A DNA stretch of 61,719 nucleotides, the filler included, from Basidiobolus ranarum (taxonomy: Eukaryota), in the NCBI GenBank assembly GCA_040143965.1. It is 24 parts of 24 records of this genome, joined end to end, with 100 filler letters (N's around TTAATTAATTAA, not from the genome) between each part and the next. Parts side by side here need not be neighbours in the genome. Positions count along the whole stretch, not along the records: positions 12,914 to 15,393 come from JASJQH010003288.1; positions 15,494 to 17,972 come from JASJQH010003289.1; positions 18,073 to 20,551 come from JASJQH010003290.1; positions 20,652 to 23,129 come from JASJQH010003291.1; positions 23,230 to 25,707 come from JASJQH010003292.1; positions 25,808 to 28,284 come from JASJQH010003293.1; 18 more parts are not named here. One strand, given 5' to 3'. Positions within the stretch are counted from its first letter, which is position 1, and every line of letters starts with the position of its first letter. Positions 12,914 to 26,049 of the stretch are shown piece by piece. Below the pieces are notes generated by a model, which had not been told where the DNA came from, did not search any database, and saw only the letters and a program-made list of their open reading frames with translations. Position numbers and translations under genes: made by a program.

Positions 12914-13294
12914 TTTTGTATCTATCCATTGTTGTTCTACACGATCCGTGTCTACAAGAAACCTGAGGGATTGTCTGGTTTCATAAGGGAGCCAAAAAAT
13001 ACTGGATCCAATACTAATCCTCCCTACGAAATCTTCTTTGATTTGGGCGCTTACGGGATTCCACCCGCAGTTAAGGCTAACAAGCCTTGGGATGCTGTGG
13101 AGGCTGTACGCAAGATGGAGAAATATACCAGGGATGTTGGAGGTTATCAAATGATGTATGCAGATAACTTTATGAACCGCGAAGAATTCGAACAAATGTT
13201 CGATCACACCCTATACCGTCAAGTCCGTGCTAAATATAACGCCGTTGGTGCGTTCCCAGAGTTCTGGGATAAAGTGAAGGGTGGTCAATGGTAA
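12914..13294 (+). CDS. DHCR24: Delta(24)-sterol reductase (DHCR24/DIMINUTO family), C-terminal part
   Basis: DLGAYG..MEKYTRDVGGYQMMYADNFMNREEFEQMFDHTLY..VRAKY...AFPEFWDKV matches the family C-terminus. Confidence 0.9.
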   Translation, partial: FCIYPLLFYTIRVYKKPEGLSGFIREPKNTGSNTNPPYEIFFDLGAYGIPPAVKANKPWDAVEAVRKMEKYTRDVGGYQMMYADNFMNREEFEQMFDHTLYRQVRAKYNAVGAFPEFWDKVKGGQW

Positions 13295-13584
13295 AGAAAT
13301 ATAAGCTAATATGTTGCGAGTCAGTTCATGTTATCTTAGAAATCACTTATTGTAAACAAATAAATTATCTCATTCACCTTATCGCATTGCATCTTTACTC
13401 TACATTAATACTGATTGGACTCTGAGCTTTTTTGTCCACTCTGAATTTAATATACCCTAATACTTGAGGTATTGAGTTAACTATGATGGACTGTTAATGT
13501 ATTACCAGTCACTGTTGAAGTTATGGAAAACATATCATGAGAGATATGAGAATATTATCAAGTATAACCAATCATCAATACAAT

Positions 13585-13925
13585 TGTTGAAATTAGCATT
13601 GCCTAAACACCTATATAGTCATATATAGCTTAGTACTTAGTTATTCCATATTGAACTAAGATATTACCGCAAGAGGAATTTACTTAGAACATTGACACCA
13701 ACTGGGAGGTTCTCAGATATATAAATTTTTCAAACTTGTGTTAGAAGCCCCAAACTTGACGCACATGTTCCTGGGACCTTCCTTAGTACACCCTACATGT
13801 TTGTTTGCTTAGATCTTGACAAAACTATAAATTTCTACTTCCTACTCAATAAACCAATAAGTGAAAACCACCAATTTCTCTAGTTCCCCAAACGACTTCC
13901 AACATGCTCCCAAAGCACTTTAACA
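13585..13925 (+). repeat. Copia LTR (about 345-bp family, TGTTG...TTAACA)
   Basis: Homologous to the LTR following the Copia RNaseH at 51846. Confidence 0.85.
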
Positions 13926-14260
13926 ACTCTAACTATTGCAATACAGTGTAATGATGCAGCTCTGGATTCAAGTGATATTGTTGGTATAAAAAATGTCATA
14001 AATTGGCTGGTTTCTTGAAGCATTACAAACAATCTATGGTTTAAGTCCTTGGGAATGAACCTGCAAAAGAAAATATTTAGGCAGTGTCCTAACCATCAAT
14101 CAAAGTAAAATCAGTGATCTGAGGGTATATTTGGGTGTCTTTAAAAATTCAATAGTGACTTTGCTATATATTGAATGATCCCCACACCCAATAAATAAAC
14201 GCTCTAATGCAGGCATCAATATCATTCAATTGATGTGTATGATCCGATATTAGTGGAATA

Positions 14261-14505
14261 CGTTAAAGTATTTGGGAGCCTGTTGGAAGTGGTTTGGAGA
14301 ATTAGAGGAATTAGTGGTTTTCACTTGTCGATTTATTGAGTATTCAGTTGACATTTATAGTTTTGTCAAGATGTAAACAAACTAATGTGTAGAATGTGTT
14401 AAGGAAGGTCCTAGAAACATGTGTGCAAAGTTTGGGGCTTCTTGTACAATTTTGAAAAATCTATATATCTGAGAACTTCTAAGTTGGTAAAAATATTCTA
14501 AGTAA
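14261..14505 (-). repeat. Truncated inverted copy of the same Copia LTR
   Basis: Reverse-complement match to about 13680-13925. Confidence 0.85.
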
Positions 14506-15009
14506 CGTTAAATCTTGTACATGCAAAAGATGAGTGTTACATGGAGATCCACTAGTGCACATAACTGATTTGCTTTTTACATGCATTTCTCACGTGACAA
14601 TATCTCATGATTAACTCCATGTTTTAACGTGCTATTTGTCACACTGCTTAAGCAGTGCTCAAACGATAGTCGTGTGAGAGAAATACAATACAAATCAGGT
14701 TTCTTCAGGTGAAAAAGAAAACAGTATTGATCTCTTAATTCATCGCAAAAATCACCTAATTTAATATTGTCAAACCATATAACAATATCCAGTTAGTATG
14801 AAGGGTTAAGTCAAAAGTCAAGAATCAAATTCTCTTATCACTATTACAATCCAGAGTACGATGATGATGTGACAGTCGAGTGCGATTGTGAAAATACCAC
14901 GAACAATGGCGACAACTTCCATGACTGAAAATATAGACAGACATATGTCAATTTTCCTATATACTACTCAAGCTCTAATATTCAATTTTTAAGCAATATA
15001 ACTTTTAAT

Positions 15010-15393
15010 ATCCAAGCTTTCAGTGACAATATCTCCGACAACTCTGTCACTAAGTATTGAAACCTTGAATATAAGGACTTGTTAGAGGTGATAACTAAGC
15101 ACTCCTTCCATAGCAGCTAAGATCGAAGGCTTGCAATTGGCTAAGCTAACCGATGCGCAGCTTGAGGATCTCTTAGCTCTGGCTGCTGTATTTTTCCGTG
15201 AGCAGGAGTTTGAAGTGACATTTGGCCAACAACTGGGTGAGCTTTATATTCATGCATTTATCTCGACTCCCATCCAGAGATTGTAATTCTATCTGGTGCT
15301 GGAAAACCTCTTCATACGTAGATGGAATCTACTGTAAAGGATACTGGCACATTGAAATCTCATTTAAAGAGAATCTAGCCTCATTTTCCATTC
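15010..15393 (+). pseudogene. TauD/TfdA alpha-ketoglutarate-dependent dioxygenase relic
   Basis: KIEGLQLAKLTDAQLEDLLALAAVFFREQEF, FGQQLGELYIH, and WHIEISFKENLASFSI (degenerate WHxD motif); frame disruptions. Confidence 0.7.
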
Positions 15394-15493
15394 NNNNNNN
15401 NNNNNNNNNNNNNNNNNNNNNNNNNNNNNNNNNNNNNTTAATTAATTAANNNNNNNNNNNNNNNNNNNNNNNNNNNNNNNNNNNNNNNNNNNN

Positions 15494-17972
15494 GTAATGC
15501 AGGAGCTGTTGTGCCCAATTGAAAATCAGGATACTGTGTTAGTGAGGGACAAATGATTGGCCTAAAAACATGTGAATGTCTTGGTTATACATTTGATTGG
15601 GTAAATTACAGTATATATTGTTTATTGTTACACATTCAGTCATTTGTAAGTTACAAATTAGGGGATGAACTTACTTTGTCAGTTACCCAAAATCATTATT
15701 CGGCAATACTAAATTGGGTAACTTGGTACGGGCTGGCATGAGATCTCTAATAAAATCATTGTGTCTGATTGTGGTGGGATAGTGCCATATTGTTCCTTAT
15801 AGTGTCCAATTGAGTGTTATAGGACCCACCCATGGTAATTGACAGATTGCATCAGATGGTGTACTAGCCACCAAAATATTAAATGCTTTATTTCTGGATA
15901 ATAAGTATTTATCTCACAAAGCTATTCACAACTCCACTTTTCTAAAGTTCCTCCAAAAAGGCCGTATATTCCCAATAACTTTTTGCTGTTACTCCAATGA
16001 GTGACAGTGCAGTAAGCATTACTAAACACCAGAGTCAGTAATTTAACTGTTGCCTGGCTTACTGCAAGTAGATTCTTGGCTGTGTCTTGTACATGGAGTA
16101 CATCATCCAATTTTTCAGATGATTTCACTAAATGCTAGTCCAAAATGTTCACAGCTGTGCCCTTAATAGCTACATTTGATGCATTGTAGCTACCTAAGTA
16201 GGTATTCCTTGTTGAATTGGTTTTAATACCTAACCAATTGTGCTTGCAAGATATATGCTGTCAATCTTCTGAATCAATTTAGTGTATTTCCAAGTCCTTC
16301 TGAGTGGCTACTGCTAAGGCAAAAAAAAAATAGAGGAAGCCTATTAGTCCTCATTTGATCTGCACACTCTAAATTTTGCTTTTCAACAAATGTCTTTTTC
16401 CTGTAATCATTATTTTAAATGCCTAGGTTTCTAGAAATATTTGCCCAAATGATATTAGTAGGAGCTCATCATTTTTCAGTTTCTCTGTTTGTATCATGAT
16501 TACTTTGCAATCAGTTCTGACATGCAAAAGTATTTGCTTATTGCTCTTATTAATACACACATCTATCAGAACATTGAAACCATTTTTCAGCATGTTCTTA
16601 AATTTGTTTTGATCACCTCAAACTTTCACCCCAGCATTATAAGCAAGTTGAGTATGATTCAAACTTATTCCATAGTCCTATTTCTTATAAGCACTAAATA
16701 GTACATATTGAATTCTATGAATCTGAAATGTTTACTCAAAATTTTAAATCTTGTTGTAAGCACTTCTAAATCAGCCAAAAACATTGAGTAATGCTTGACA
16801 AAAAATAATTTCTTATCAGGAGCACCATTCTTGAAGTTTGCATCTGTAAGTTAGACACTTAAGATATATTGAGTTGAATAGGTAATATTTATAGACCACT
16901 AGACTTGTTACATTGTGCCAGGATTTATTGGACCTTGGATCAATGTATTAGAGTAAATGTGATTGAAATTGAGCATGCCAGAGGGTGATGGATAGTGCCT
17001 AATTGTGCCGCATAAATTTTAGAATACTTTATCCAATATGATATATACAGCACAATCTGGCACTATCACAGAGAACAAGTCCACTATGAAACATGATTTT
17101 GGACAGGTTTAGTTCATAGCAGACATCCCTGCAAAGCATGAGTGAAATAAGATGTGAATAGATGATATTGTGAGAAAGTAGTGAAAATTGTTAAATTAAT
17201 CTAATTAATATTTCTATTGATTAGAGCAACAAGTAGATGTTTGGAAATTTGGCATTTAGTGTTAACTAACCAGACTAGATATCAGTTAACTACTAAATAA
17301 TGAGAACCTATTTTCCTATGTTGAATAATAATTCCAGAAAATCAGCATGTTCAGTGGTGAAGGGATGGTGCCATATTGTTCTGTATAGTGTCTGAGTGTG
17401 TTTAATAGGAGATGGCCATGGTTGCTGACTTATTACACCAGAAGGTGGCTAGCAGGCTTAATCTAGCAGCATATTCTGACATGGTCCAATGGAGCAAGTC
17501 TAATAGATGATGTTGGCCACCATAGACAATTAGAATAAGCTCCTTTATTAGTGCAAACTTTTGCAAAGCACAAAGCTAAACTAACCCTAATTTACAATCA
17601 ACAAATATCCTTCCACAAGTGGGAGTATCAGTAATTCTAAGTCTTGATCCATGATTAAAATAGAAGTACCATATATCTTCTATTACAGTAGTTGGGAGCC
17701 TGTTGGAAGTGGTTCAAAGAGCTACAGATATTGGTGAATTCCAGGTGTTGATTTAATTAGTAGAAAGGTGACATCTAAAGCTTTACTAAGATACAAACAA
17801 ACTAATATGTAGAATGTTTTAATGAAGATTCCAGTCACCTATGTTGAAAGGTTTGGGGCTTCTAGCCTGAGTTTAAAAATCCACACATCTGAGAGCTTCC
17901 AAGTTGGGAAGGGATTCCAAGTAAATTCCAATCAATAAGAATGGGTAGAAGCTTAGGAAAGTATTTGGTAGC
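15494..17972. mobile_element. Mosaic of decayed repeats, including LTR relics at about 17100-17325 and 17690-17930
   Basis: Segments match repeats in contigs 2, 6, 13 and 24; CpG-poor; no intact ORF. Confidence 0.65.
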
Positions 17973-18072
17973 NNNNNNNNNNNNNNNNNNNNNNNNNNNN
18001 NNNNNNNNNNNNNNNNTTAATTAATTAANNNNNNNNNNNNNNNNNNNNNNNNNNNNNNNNNNNNNNNNNNNN

Positions 18073-18255
18073 GAAGCTCCTACCTACAAGCTTATCACCA
18101 CATCTGTCTTGGTTGACCGTCTTCGTATCAACGGATCCCTTGCCCGTGCTGCCATCAGAGAGTTGGAAGCTCAAGGTATGATCCAAAAGGTCTCCACCCA
18201 CGGTTCCCAATTGATCTACACTCGCGCTGTCGGTGAATCCGAGGAAGCCAACTAA
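18073..18255 (+). CDS. RPS25: 40S ribosomal protein S25 (eS25), C-terminal part; not in the ORF track
   Basis: [52 protein letters not shown]. Confidence 0.97.
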   Translation, partial: EAPTYKLITTSVLVDRLRINGSLARAAIRELEAQGMIQKVSTHGSQLIYTRAVGESEEAN

Positions 18256-18710
18256 ATGCAATAAAATAGTATTTTAACCGCAAACAGACTCGCTTATTAG
18301 CATTTGTTTTTGTCTTATAAATTATTTGATAGTAGAAAGCACAAGCTTCATGCAAACATTAATCCAAGATTGTAGAGAAATAGCCACATTATGAAATTGT
18401 CCAATTTTTGGGTTTAGATTGGATCTGCTCTAAAAGGAAGCACCAATTTCCTTCACACGTTGCAACTGGTCTTCGTTGTTTGTTGTTTTGAATTCTATCA
18501 AATCTACCAGCAATTACTGATTCCTATAGGAAAGTGATATTTATTCAATTCAACAAATCTATTGGCACAAATGGTAAAATCGTAAGATGATGGATCCATT
18601 GAGAGCTTCATGTAATACATGATCGGCTAAACTACTTTGTCGTATACAATAGCCTATACTGAGGCTTTGTCCAAACTTACTCTATCTTTGTAAACCAAGT
18701 ATTGACACAC

Positions 18711-20551
18711 ATGAGCACGTATCAAGGGCATCATGTCGTCAAGGCTCTGCACGACTTTTATTCTTTAAAGAAATCCGACTTAAATTTCGAAAAAGGTGAG
18801 TGCAAGGTCTGTTATTAATCCGATCGTCTTTATATTTTTGAAATAATTCACCTTTCACTATTATCGTAGGAACCATAATTGAGGTGATAGATTCTGGTAG
18901 ACTTCAACTTCTTATTATTATTTGAAAAGAAAGTCTATTTACTTTTTATGTATTTAGAAAACCCTCATGAGTGGTATGGAAAAATCGTCACTACCAATCA
19001 ATTTGGTACTTTTCCACCTGATATAGTCAAAACAATGTAAATATTCTAAAGTTTTTTGTCCTCACCCGGATAATTTGCCAAATAACTCTTTTGAATATTT
19101 TTAGTTATTTAGATGATAAAGCACCACCTCCTAAAGACGAAGGCAACGTCATATATGAAACCACTGAAGTTAGATTGTCCGATTTAGCTGAAGATGAAAA
19201 TCTGGAAGATATACTGCTTTCTTGGGCTGAAGAAGAAAACAAGTTTATTGAATTCACTAAAAATAATCCCAAAGCTGCTTTGAAAATTCACGAGAAACCC
19301 GAGCAAATGAGACCTAAGAATTTGCGCGACTCTTCTGGAGCATCACTTTCTATTACTCCTAGAGCTAGTCTATGGAGTAAAGGAGGTAGAGATAGTAATA
19401 AGAAAAGTCTAGGTGGGTTTCCTAGCAAGCCTACTGGTGCAGGGTTGGGTTTAACATTAAGGTCCGAAGGAAAAGCCTCTTCTATTTACTCTCGCTCACC
19501 AACGCCTTCGCAATTGGGTCGCTTGGGCGACAGTAGTATACGAAGAGGGTTATCCCCAGGTGGGCTAGGGGGTTCGATTCACACCAAAGTCGGGGGAGTA
19601 GGGCGTAAGGATCTCAGCCTTAAAGGGCGTGATAGACCTTACTCCTCTATGTCGTATTCTGAAGAAAGCGACAGATCATTGTCTAGGTTAAGCAGTTACA
19701 GGTCCGAATCACGAATGACCAGTATCTCAGATCCTCTTGACGAGGAATATTCTCCAAGAGCTTCTCGTTTAGGTAGTTTATCTGATCGAGAAACTCCCGA
19801 CCTTGGTGACGTTCTCGCATCTACTTTAAATCAACTTGATAGTTTAAAATTAGATTCTGGACGTAGCAGTAGCCAAGATACCGAAAGTCAACAATCAAAT
19901 CAAGCCTATCTTAACGGTGCAGGCCAAGATTCGAATGAGCTTGAATCACACAGAAGTAGATTCAATATCTCACCACCGCTAACTGACACTACGAGTACTT
20001 TAGTTTCCTCAGAGCATGAAGTAATAGAGAAAAGATTCACTATATCTCCTACAATCACGCCCACTGACTCTATGGCAAGATATAAGCTTTCACCATCACC
20101 GGAGTCGGCATCGAAGTTTGATCTTTCACCGCCACTTCCTGCACTGGCCCTTGATTCTTCTGAAACCAATTCGTTACCACCACATAGCGGTAGTAATGTT
20201 CAGTATTCAGATTCCGGATACCAAAGCTCTATGATGTCCGGGGTGCATCCAGCCCAAGGAATGTATTCTACACCATATAGTTATCCTTATATGCCAGATA
20301 CTATGTATATGAACTCAATGAACCATATGCCATACTACCCTAGTCCACATCCGTACTATCCACAAAGTGGATATGGAATGAGTCATTCAACATATGGTGG
20401 ATACCCGCAAAGTATGATGGGCTCGCAGAATTATAATATGCATATGATGAGCAATCCCCAGTACCGTAGTGGAAGTGGAGTAGATAGCCTGGTTTCTAAT
20501 ACAAATCAGCCACAACACCAGCAGCAGCAGCACCACCCACAACAACCGCAA
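18711..20551 (+). CDS. Protein with an N-terminal SH3 domain and a long Ser/Pro/Tyr/Gln low-complexity region (possibly Cyk3-like); 3' partial
   Basis: Spliced exons read VKALHDFYSLKKSDLNFEK|GTIIEVID..|..HEWYGK..FGTFP and join the long ORF from about 19105. Confidence 0.8.
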
Positions 20552-20651
20552 NNNNNNNNNNNNNNNNNNNNNNNNNNNNNNNNNNNNNNNNNNNNTTAAT
20601 TAATTAANNNNNNNNNNNNNNNNNNNNNNNNNNNNNNNNNNNNNNNNNNNN

Positions 20652-21270
20652 AAATATCTTAAAAGATTGATGTCTTGATTGTCACTTTATTTAGATTAGT
20701 TTTTAAGCTAAATAAAGTCTACACCATCTAGTGCTTTTCATCCCCCCTAAGTTTAGATTAGTATTTAAGCTAAATAAAGTCTACACCTTCTGGTGCTTTT
20801 CATCCCTCTAACCCTTAATAGAGTCTTAGACTCTACTGACTTAACATTTCACTTTGGAACATTCATACCAATTCTCCTGATCTCCATACATTAGTTAAGA
20901 AACTACAACAGTAGTTATGGCTTCTTTGTTTTGTGTGAAATAAAGATTTCACTTGTTGGTGACTGTCTCCCCCTAACCCTTTTTTGATCCCCATTATTCC
21001 AGGTTTTTATTCTATAGTCCATTTGGTTTGTACTGCATATCTTCCTTTCTGCTTACCACCTTTACCCCTTAACACTGTATTTACATCCTCAGAACTGGAT
21101 TATATTGGTCATCAAGTTAAGTATGGATATGATCCAGTTTTGTCACAATATCTTGAAAGATTGATGTCATGATTGTCACTTTGTTTAGATTGGTATATAA
21201 ACTAAATAAAGTCCACACCACCTGGTGCTTTTCATCCCCCTATTTCACCTTCTGGTGCTCATCATCCCTT
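20652..21270 (+). repeat. Locally triplicated ~55-bp unit within direct repeats, probably a retroelement terminus
   Basis: TTAGATT.GT.T.TAA.CTAAATAAAGTC.ACACC...GTGCTTTTCATCCC at about 20691, 20753 and 21185. Confidence 0.7.
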
Positions 21271-22868
21271 TTAAGAATTTTGAGATACCAAGTAAGTTTC
21301 CATCAACTATCAATATAAAACACCTTAAAGTCAGAATTTTAACTTCCTGCACATATATTTACTTTGTAAAATGTAGGAAATGACATACATGTACAGTGTA
21401 TGAAAGTAAATTGCAAGTAAATATTGAATTGAGAAATTTCACAAAATTATGGAAATCTATAAAAGTGTGTGAAGACTTGGTTATAATATTAGGATTAGTT
21501 TCTCTTCAACATTTTAGGCAAAGGTCAGTAATCTGGTCTTTGGAAAAATTGGGTCAGCCCAATTCTTCCAATATACTAGTGACTTGTGTATATTGTGAGA
21601 GAGAGGTGTACATGGGGGATTGCATCCCCCGAACCCCCTACTTTCTTTTTATACTGGGAGGACTGCATCCCCCAGACCCCCTCTTTTCATCCTCATCCTT
21701 ACCACAACATCTATACCCTAACCGTAGTCCTCCTAAAAATATTGTAAAATCCTTCCATGGTACCATGTCAACTTATTCTTTTGTAATTTAATGTTGACTG
21801 AATATGAGATAACTGAAAAAAAGGATTTCTCTGGTGAATCAAGTTAATTTCCTGATCAGATCGATTGAAAATTTAGGCCTTTTATACCACCAGTTACTGT
21901 AACAGGAATATATTACTCCAGCCCGAAATCTTCTCACAAACACAAAATTGAGTTGTAATACCTGCTTCATTTCGGCCCAATTAGGGTCTACTTAATGGTA
22001 ATACAAAATCACATCACTTGCTAATCTTGAAACTCTCATCGCTTGACTCATTCTGCGAGTCAAATGCCTGTTTTGACTATAATGGTCCTTGATAAGTCAA
22101 GGATATCCTCGGTGTGTGAGATGGATTGGATATAAACGGGCAAATTCTGCACTAGTGAGCATCACATGGGGCAGAGACGACCATATATAGCGAGAAGTAT
22201 CATGTGTATTACTTGGCTGACTCTTTAAAAGGGAATTTTATTACTTTGTGGTCACATTCACAATCGGAAATTATTAAGGGTTGGGTGGGTTTGACGAACA
22301 GCGTTTCAATCGCCATAAGCAATGGAATCTTCAATAGCAAATAGTTCACTGAAACCTTCACTTCACTTGTACTAGAAAATGGTATTATCTAAGCAGCCAA
22401 TCAAGATCCAGATTGAATACGTCATCTGGATGGTCCATCCATTTCAGTGAGACTGCTTCGCGCTTTACCTCGATATTTTAAAATACAATCGGAAGCTCTC
22501 TTGGTCACGATGCTGATCACAATGCCTGGTGGTTGTTTAAATAGATGAACATCGTAGGAAGCATAATTTGTAGTACCTTGGCTTTATTTACATCATGTGC
22601 AGGATATCATGAATGTTATCATAAGTGCGTAATAAATATATTTACAAATGATGTTCGATATCCCATGTAGATCAAAAAATTCACTCCCCAAGTCAATATA
22701 CGTAAGTTCAGTGCTACAAGAATGGTTCATCAATCCCTACGCATCCAGAAATCATCATAAGTTTGATCAGGACTGTCTGCTGTAGAGGTATTGACGTACA
22801 ATGGTCCGCAGAATGGTTAGAATTATAGTTAATTAAGTAGGAATTATAAGTTGGGAGTGTTCACGTGA

Positions 22869-23129
22869 TTAAGAGATGTAGCGGAAATCAGGATGCTATA
22901 CAAAGATGGTTGGTTGCTTTAGTACCACTTCAAACAAATAGGCCAATCAAGACTTACCCAATCAGCTGGCTCAATGCGATTACACTCTTCTTCGTACTGC
23001 GCTGGTGTCAGTGCCTCACGTCTCTTGTTCTCCCGGATCAATAGCCATTTGAAAATCAAGGCCGAAATCCAACCAAGTGCCATACACCCCATACAAATGG
23101 CATGTCCACGAGGATAAAATGGAGCATCA
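22869..23129 (-). CDS. MFS transporter of the Dal5/Tna1 (anion:cation symporter) family, last two exons
   Basis: DAPFYPRGH..LIRENKRRE..ADW|HPDFRYIS* across a GT-AG intron. Confidence 0.85.
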
Positions 23130-23999
23130 NNNNNNNNNNNNNNNNNNNNNNNNNNNNNNNNNNNNNNNNNNNNTTAATTAATTAANNNNNNNNNNNNNNN
23201 NNNNNNNNNNNNNNNNNNNNNNNNNNNNNTCTTGTGTCATACTGTCCTCCTTTTACCATTATCAGCACTTTCATTTAAGTATATCAATGACAAGAGAAAG
23301 CGTATGATGTTTAGGTCCTTACTCTCTTCAATATTTTATTCTCTCGCCGTACACAGGCAGTCTCCATCTTGACTCAAAACAATCGATTTTGCTTTCCATC
23401 ATTCCTATAGCGCGGCTAACCAATCGCTTACATGTCTTATTCAGGATTGATGCATGACAAACCATCTTCACGCCAACATACAAAAGGGAACTGGTCGGAG
23501 GAAAGTCATTCATGGTAAATCTAAAGGAAAAAACGCCATACGAATCTGGATTATATCTTGTACATGATTCGTATAAAATTTTATCGATTTCTTTTCAGAA
23601 TTCGATAGAAAGCGATAGAATTGGCAAAGCTACAAGAACTCTACAATAAACAAATGGTCTAAGCGCATAAAATTATTGGCCAAGTTGCAAATATTCATAT
23701 TGGATTCATTTGTAATAAAAAAATACAAAGTCTATTTAACTATGTTACATTTATTAGTTAGCAGTGTTTAACGGAGGGCGTTAATGCGTAATGTTCTGAA
23801 CATACAGGGTATAAAATTAGGATGGTAAAATACATGGGATTTAATGGTATAATTATGTTCTCTATGTATACGTGAGAAGTATATGAACATGTCAAGTATA
23901 GTCTAATTTGTACTGATGTGGAAATGTCGAATTATCACCAGGAAGTTTTAACTAGAGTTCCGATCCAAACAGGTAGGAGGAACCAAAAATGTACTGAAA

Positions 24000-24254
24000 T
24001 TACATAGCAACAGTGGGCGTCAAAGACACCCGGACAATACTGTCATTCTGAAGCATTTCTTCAAAACGTGGAAGCATTGATCGATTCTGGATGGTGCCTC
24101 TTTTGTCGCAACTATATGGTAAGGCAGTGGAGTGTATCAGCGAGGAATTTCTTGGAGGAGTCGACTTTTTGGTGTACATAGCTCTTAAGTTAGCGTCGGA
24201 AGTCGCTAGAGGTTGATATTGGGAAGTATCTTTTAGGCAGGGAATGCAAAGCAT
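24000..24254 (-). CDS. Small hypothetical protein (84 aa)
   Basis: TATAAAAG about 60 nt upstream of the ATG; C-terminus FEEMLQNDSIVRVSLTP resembles a short motif recalled from fungal proteins. Confidence 0.45.
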   Translation of the reverse strand: MLCIPCLKDTSQYQPLATSDANLRAMYTKKSTPPRNSSLIHSTALPYSCDKRGTIQNRSMLPRFEEMLQNDSIVRVSLTPTVAM

Positions 24255-26049
24255 CTGTCGTTCGATTATGTAATGTAAAATTGTTAGGGATAGCGTTCTA
24301 TAGGCTTGTTCTTTTATAGTTTTTGTTTCCGAGCGATCACAGCAACTCCACCCAACTTAATTGGATAGGAACCTTAATGATCGAGCTCTGCGGTTCCCGA
24401 ATCAAATTCGAATCCAGTTGAATTCTAGTGATTGCGGTATGTAAATATGGAAGATGCAAACTTTGGCAACTATTGGTAATTAATGACTGGAATCTCGATA
24501 TATTAGGTATCGAATGAACAGACGACCTTCAGCTGAGCTTTTGTACGACTGATGAATTTAAATCAGTTCCAAATATAGAGAGTTTCACCTTCCTCGAGTC
24601 TCCATGAGCATCGGATTCAGGGGGAAGTATGAATCAATGTTCAATGTAAAAAGTTCGCTGATACGGAATTAGCAATAGTTTCTGGTTTTGTACCTGTTCC
24701 CTTGGAATCATCAAACAGAGGGCCAAATTAGGAAGGAGTGGAATATTGCTTTAAGTTTTTCATACGTGTTTATTGCTCTGGCGAGGCTGGATTAAGAAAT
24801 GACAAACATGAAATGCTGTTCTTTTGGAAGGGCTTAGGTTTTTTTCTGAGCTACAGATCATGTATTGTCCTGGTTTTGGTTCTCAGCCGTCTGATAAATA
24901 TAGATGTTCAGCATTAGGTTGTTTTGGGTGAATCCGCGCAATTAATAGAAGATGCGGTTATTCGGATATTCAGATTGCACTTTCAGGAGTATCTAGATGC
25001 ACGTGTGACCCTGATGCTTTATTGCGGACATGCCAAAACGTTAGCTGAGGAATTTCGTATTCTGATAATCCGCCAACCGCCGGCATTGAGGAGCTTGATC
25101 ATCCGAACGATTACGTTATTTACAATCAGGTTTTCAATCAGTCATGTTGAAATTTACACTACTAGCATCATTGTAATCGAAAACGTGGCAGGACTACATA
25201 TGGAATGATAGGAAACCTGTATTTCTAAGTATTGAGGTAGTGAATTCTTGGGAGGAAATAAACTGCTAACTCTGCTCATTGCCGAGCAAACCAAATCCCA
25301 GAAATCGAGCCATGAGCCTTAATAGCCCACATACCTACAAGTTGGTCCTCAAAGTAAAACCCAAGACTGTTATGTATGTGTTATCAGCAAATGTTGAGAT
25401 TCGATGATAACACTCATTATAGCGAGAGGTGCTCAAATTTTCGCATTTAGATATAGAACGGTATAAGATTTGCCACAACTCAAAATCGACTCGCAGCATT
25501 AAACAAACAGTTGCTATAATGAGCGAGAGGTGAGGAATTTAAAAACAGGTTTGGAATGTAATACTTCAGTCATGTTATTTCTGCAAAGCATTAAAATTCC
25601 CATTACTGGATTTTTCAAGGCTAGAATTCTCTACTCATATTCTCAAAAGATTCATTTGAGCTCGAAATTTAGGTTAAGCTAAAACCCTTTGTCCCATGAT
25701 GATATTCNNNNNNNNNNNNNNNNNNNNNNNNNNNNNNNNNNNNNNNNNNNNTTAATTAATTAANNNNNNNNNNNNNNNNNNNNNNNNNNNNNNNNNNNNN
25801 NNNNNNNCTTCATATGCATATGTTTGAGTAATGAAATATAACTCAACAATATCACTAAGCTTGGCCAGCCTACTTAAGGTAGAAATAAGGCTGAATATGT
25901 AAAATTTTGGATGGCACAGAAATGTTGCCAATAGCTGTCTCTTGTCATTGTTAAGAATGAGAATAAGCTCTTGGATGTTGCCAACTTGCCATAAATAATT
26001 CAGCCAAAATATTACCAACTTGCAATGAAAAAATTTTCTGCCACAAGCT

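Noticed and set aside
18025-18355. Minus-strand ORFs in the track
   Set aside because: Antisense to RPS25 and its 3' region
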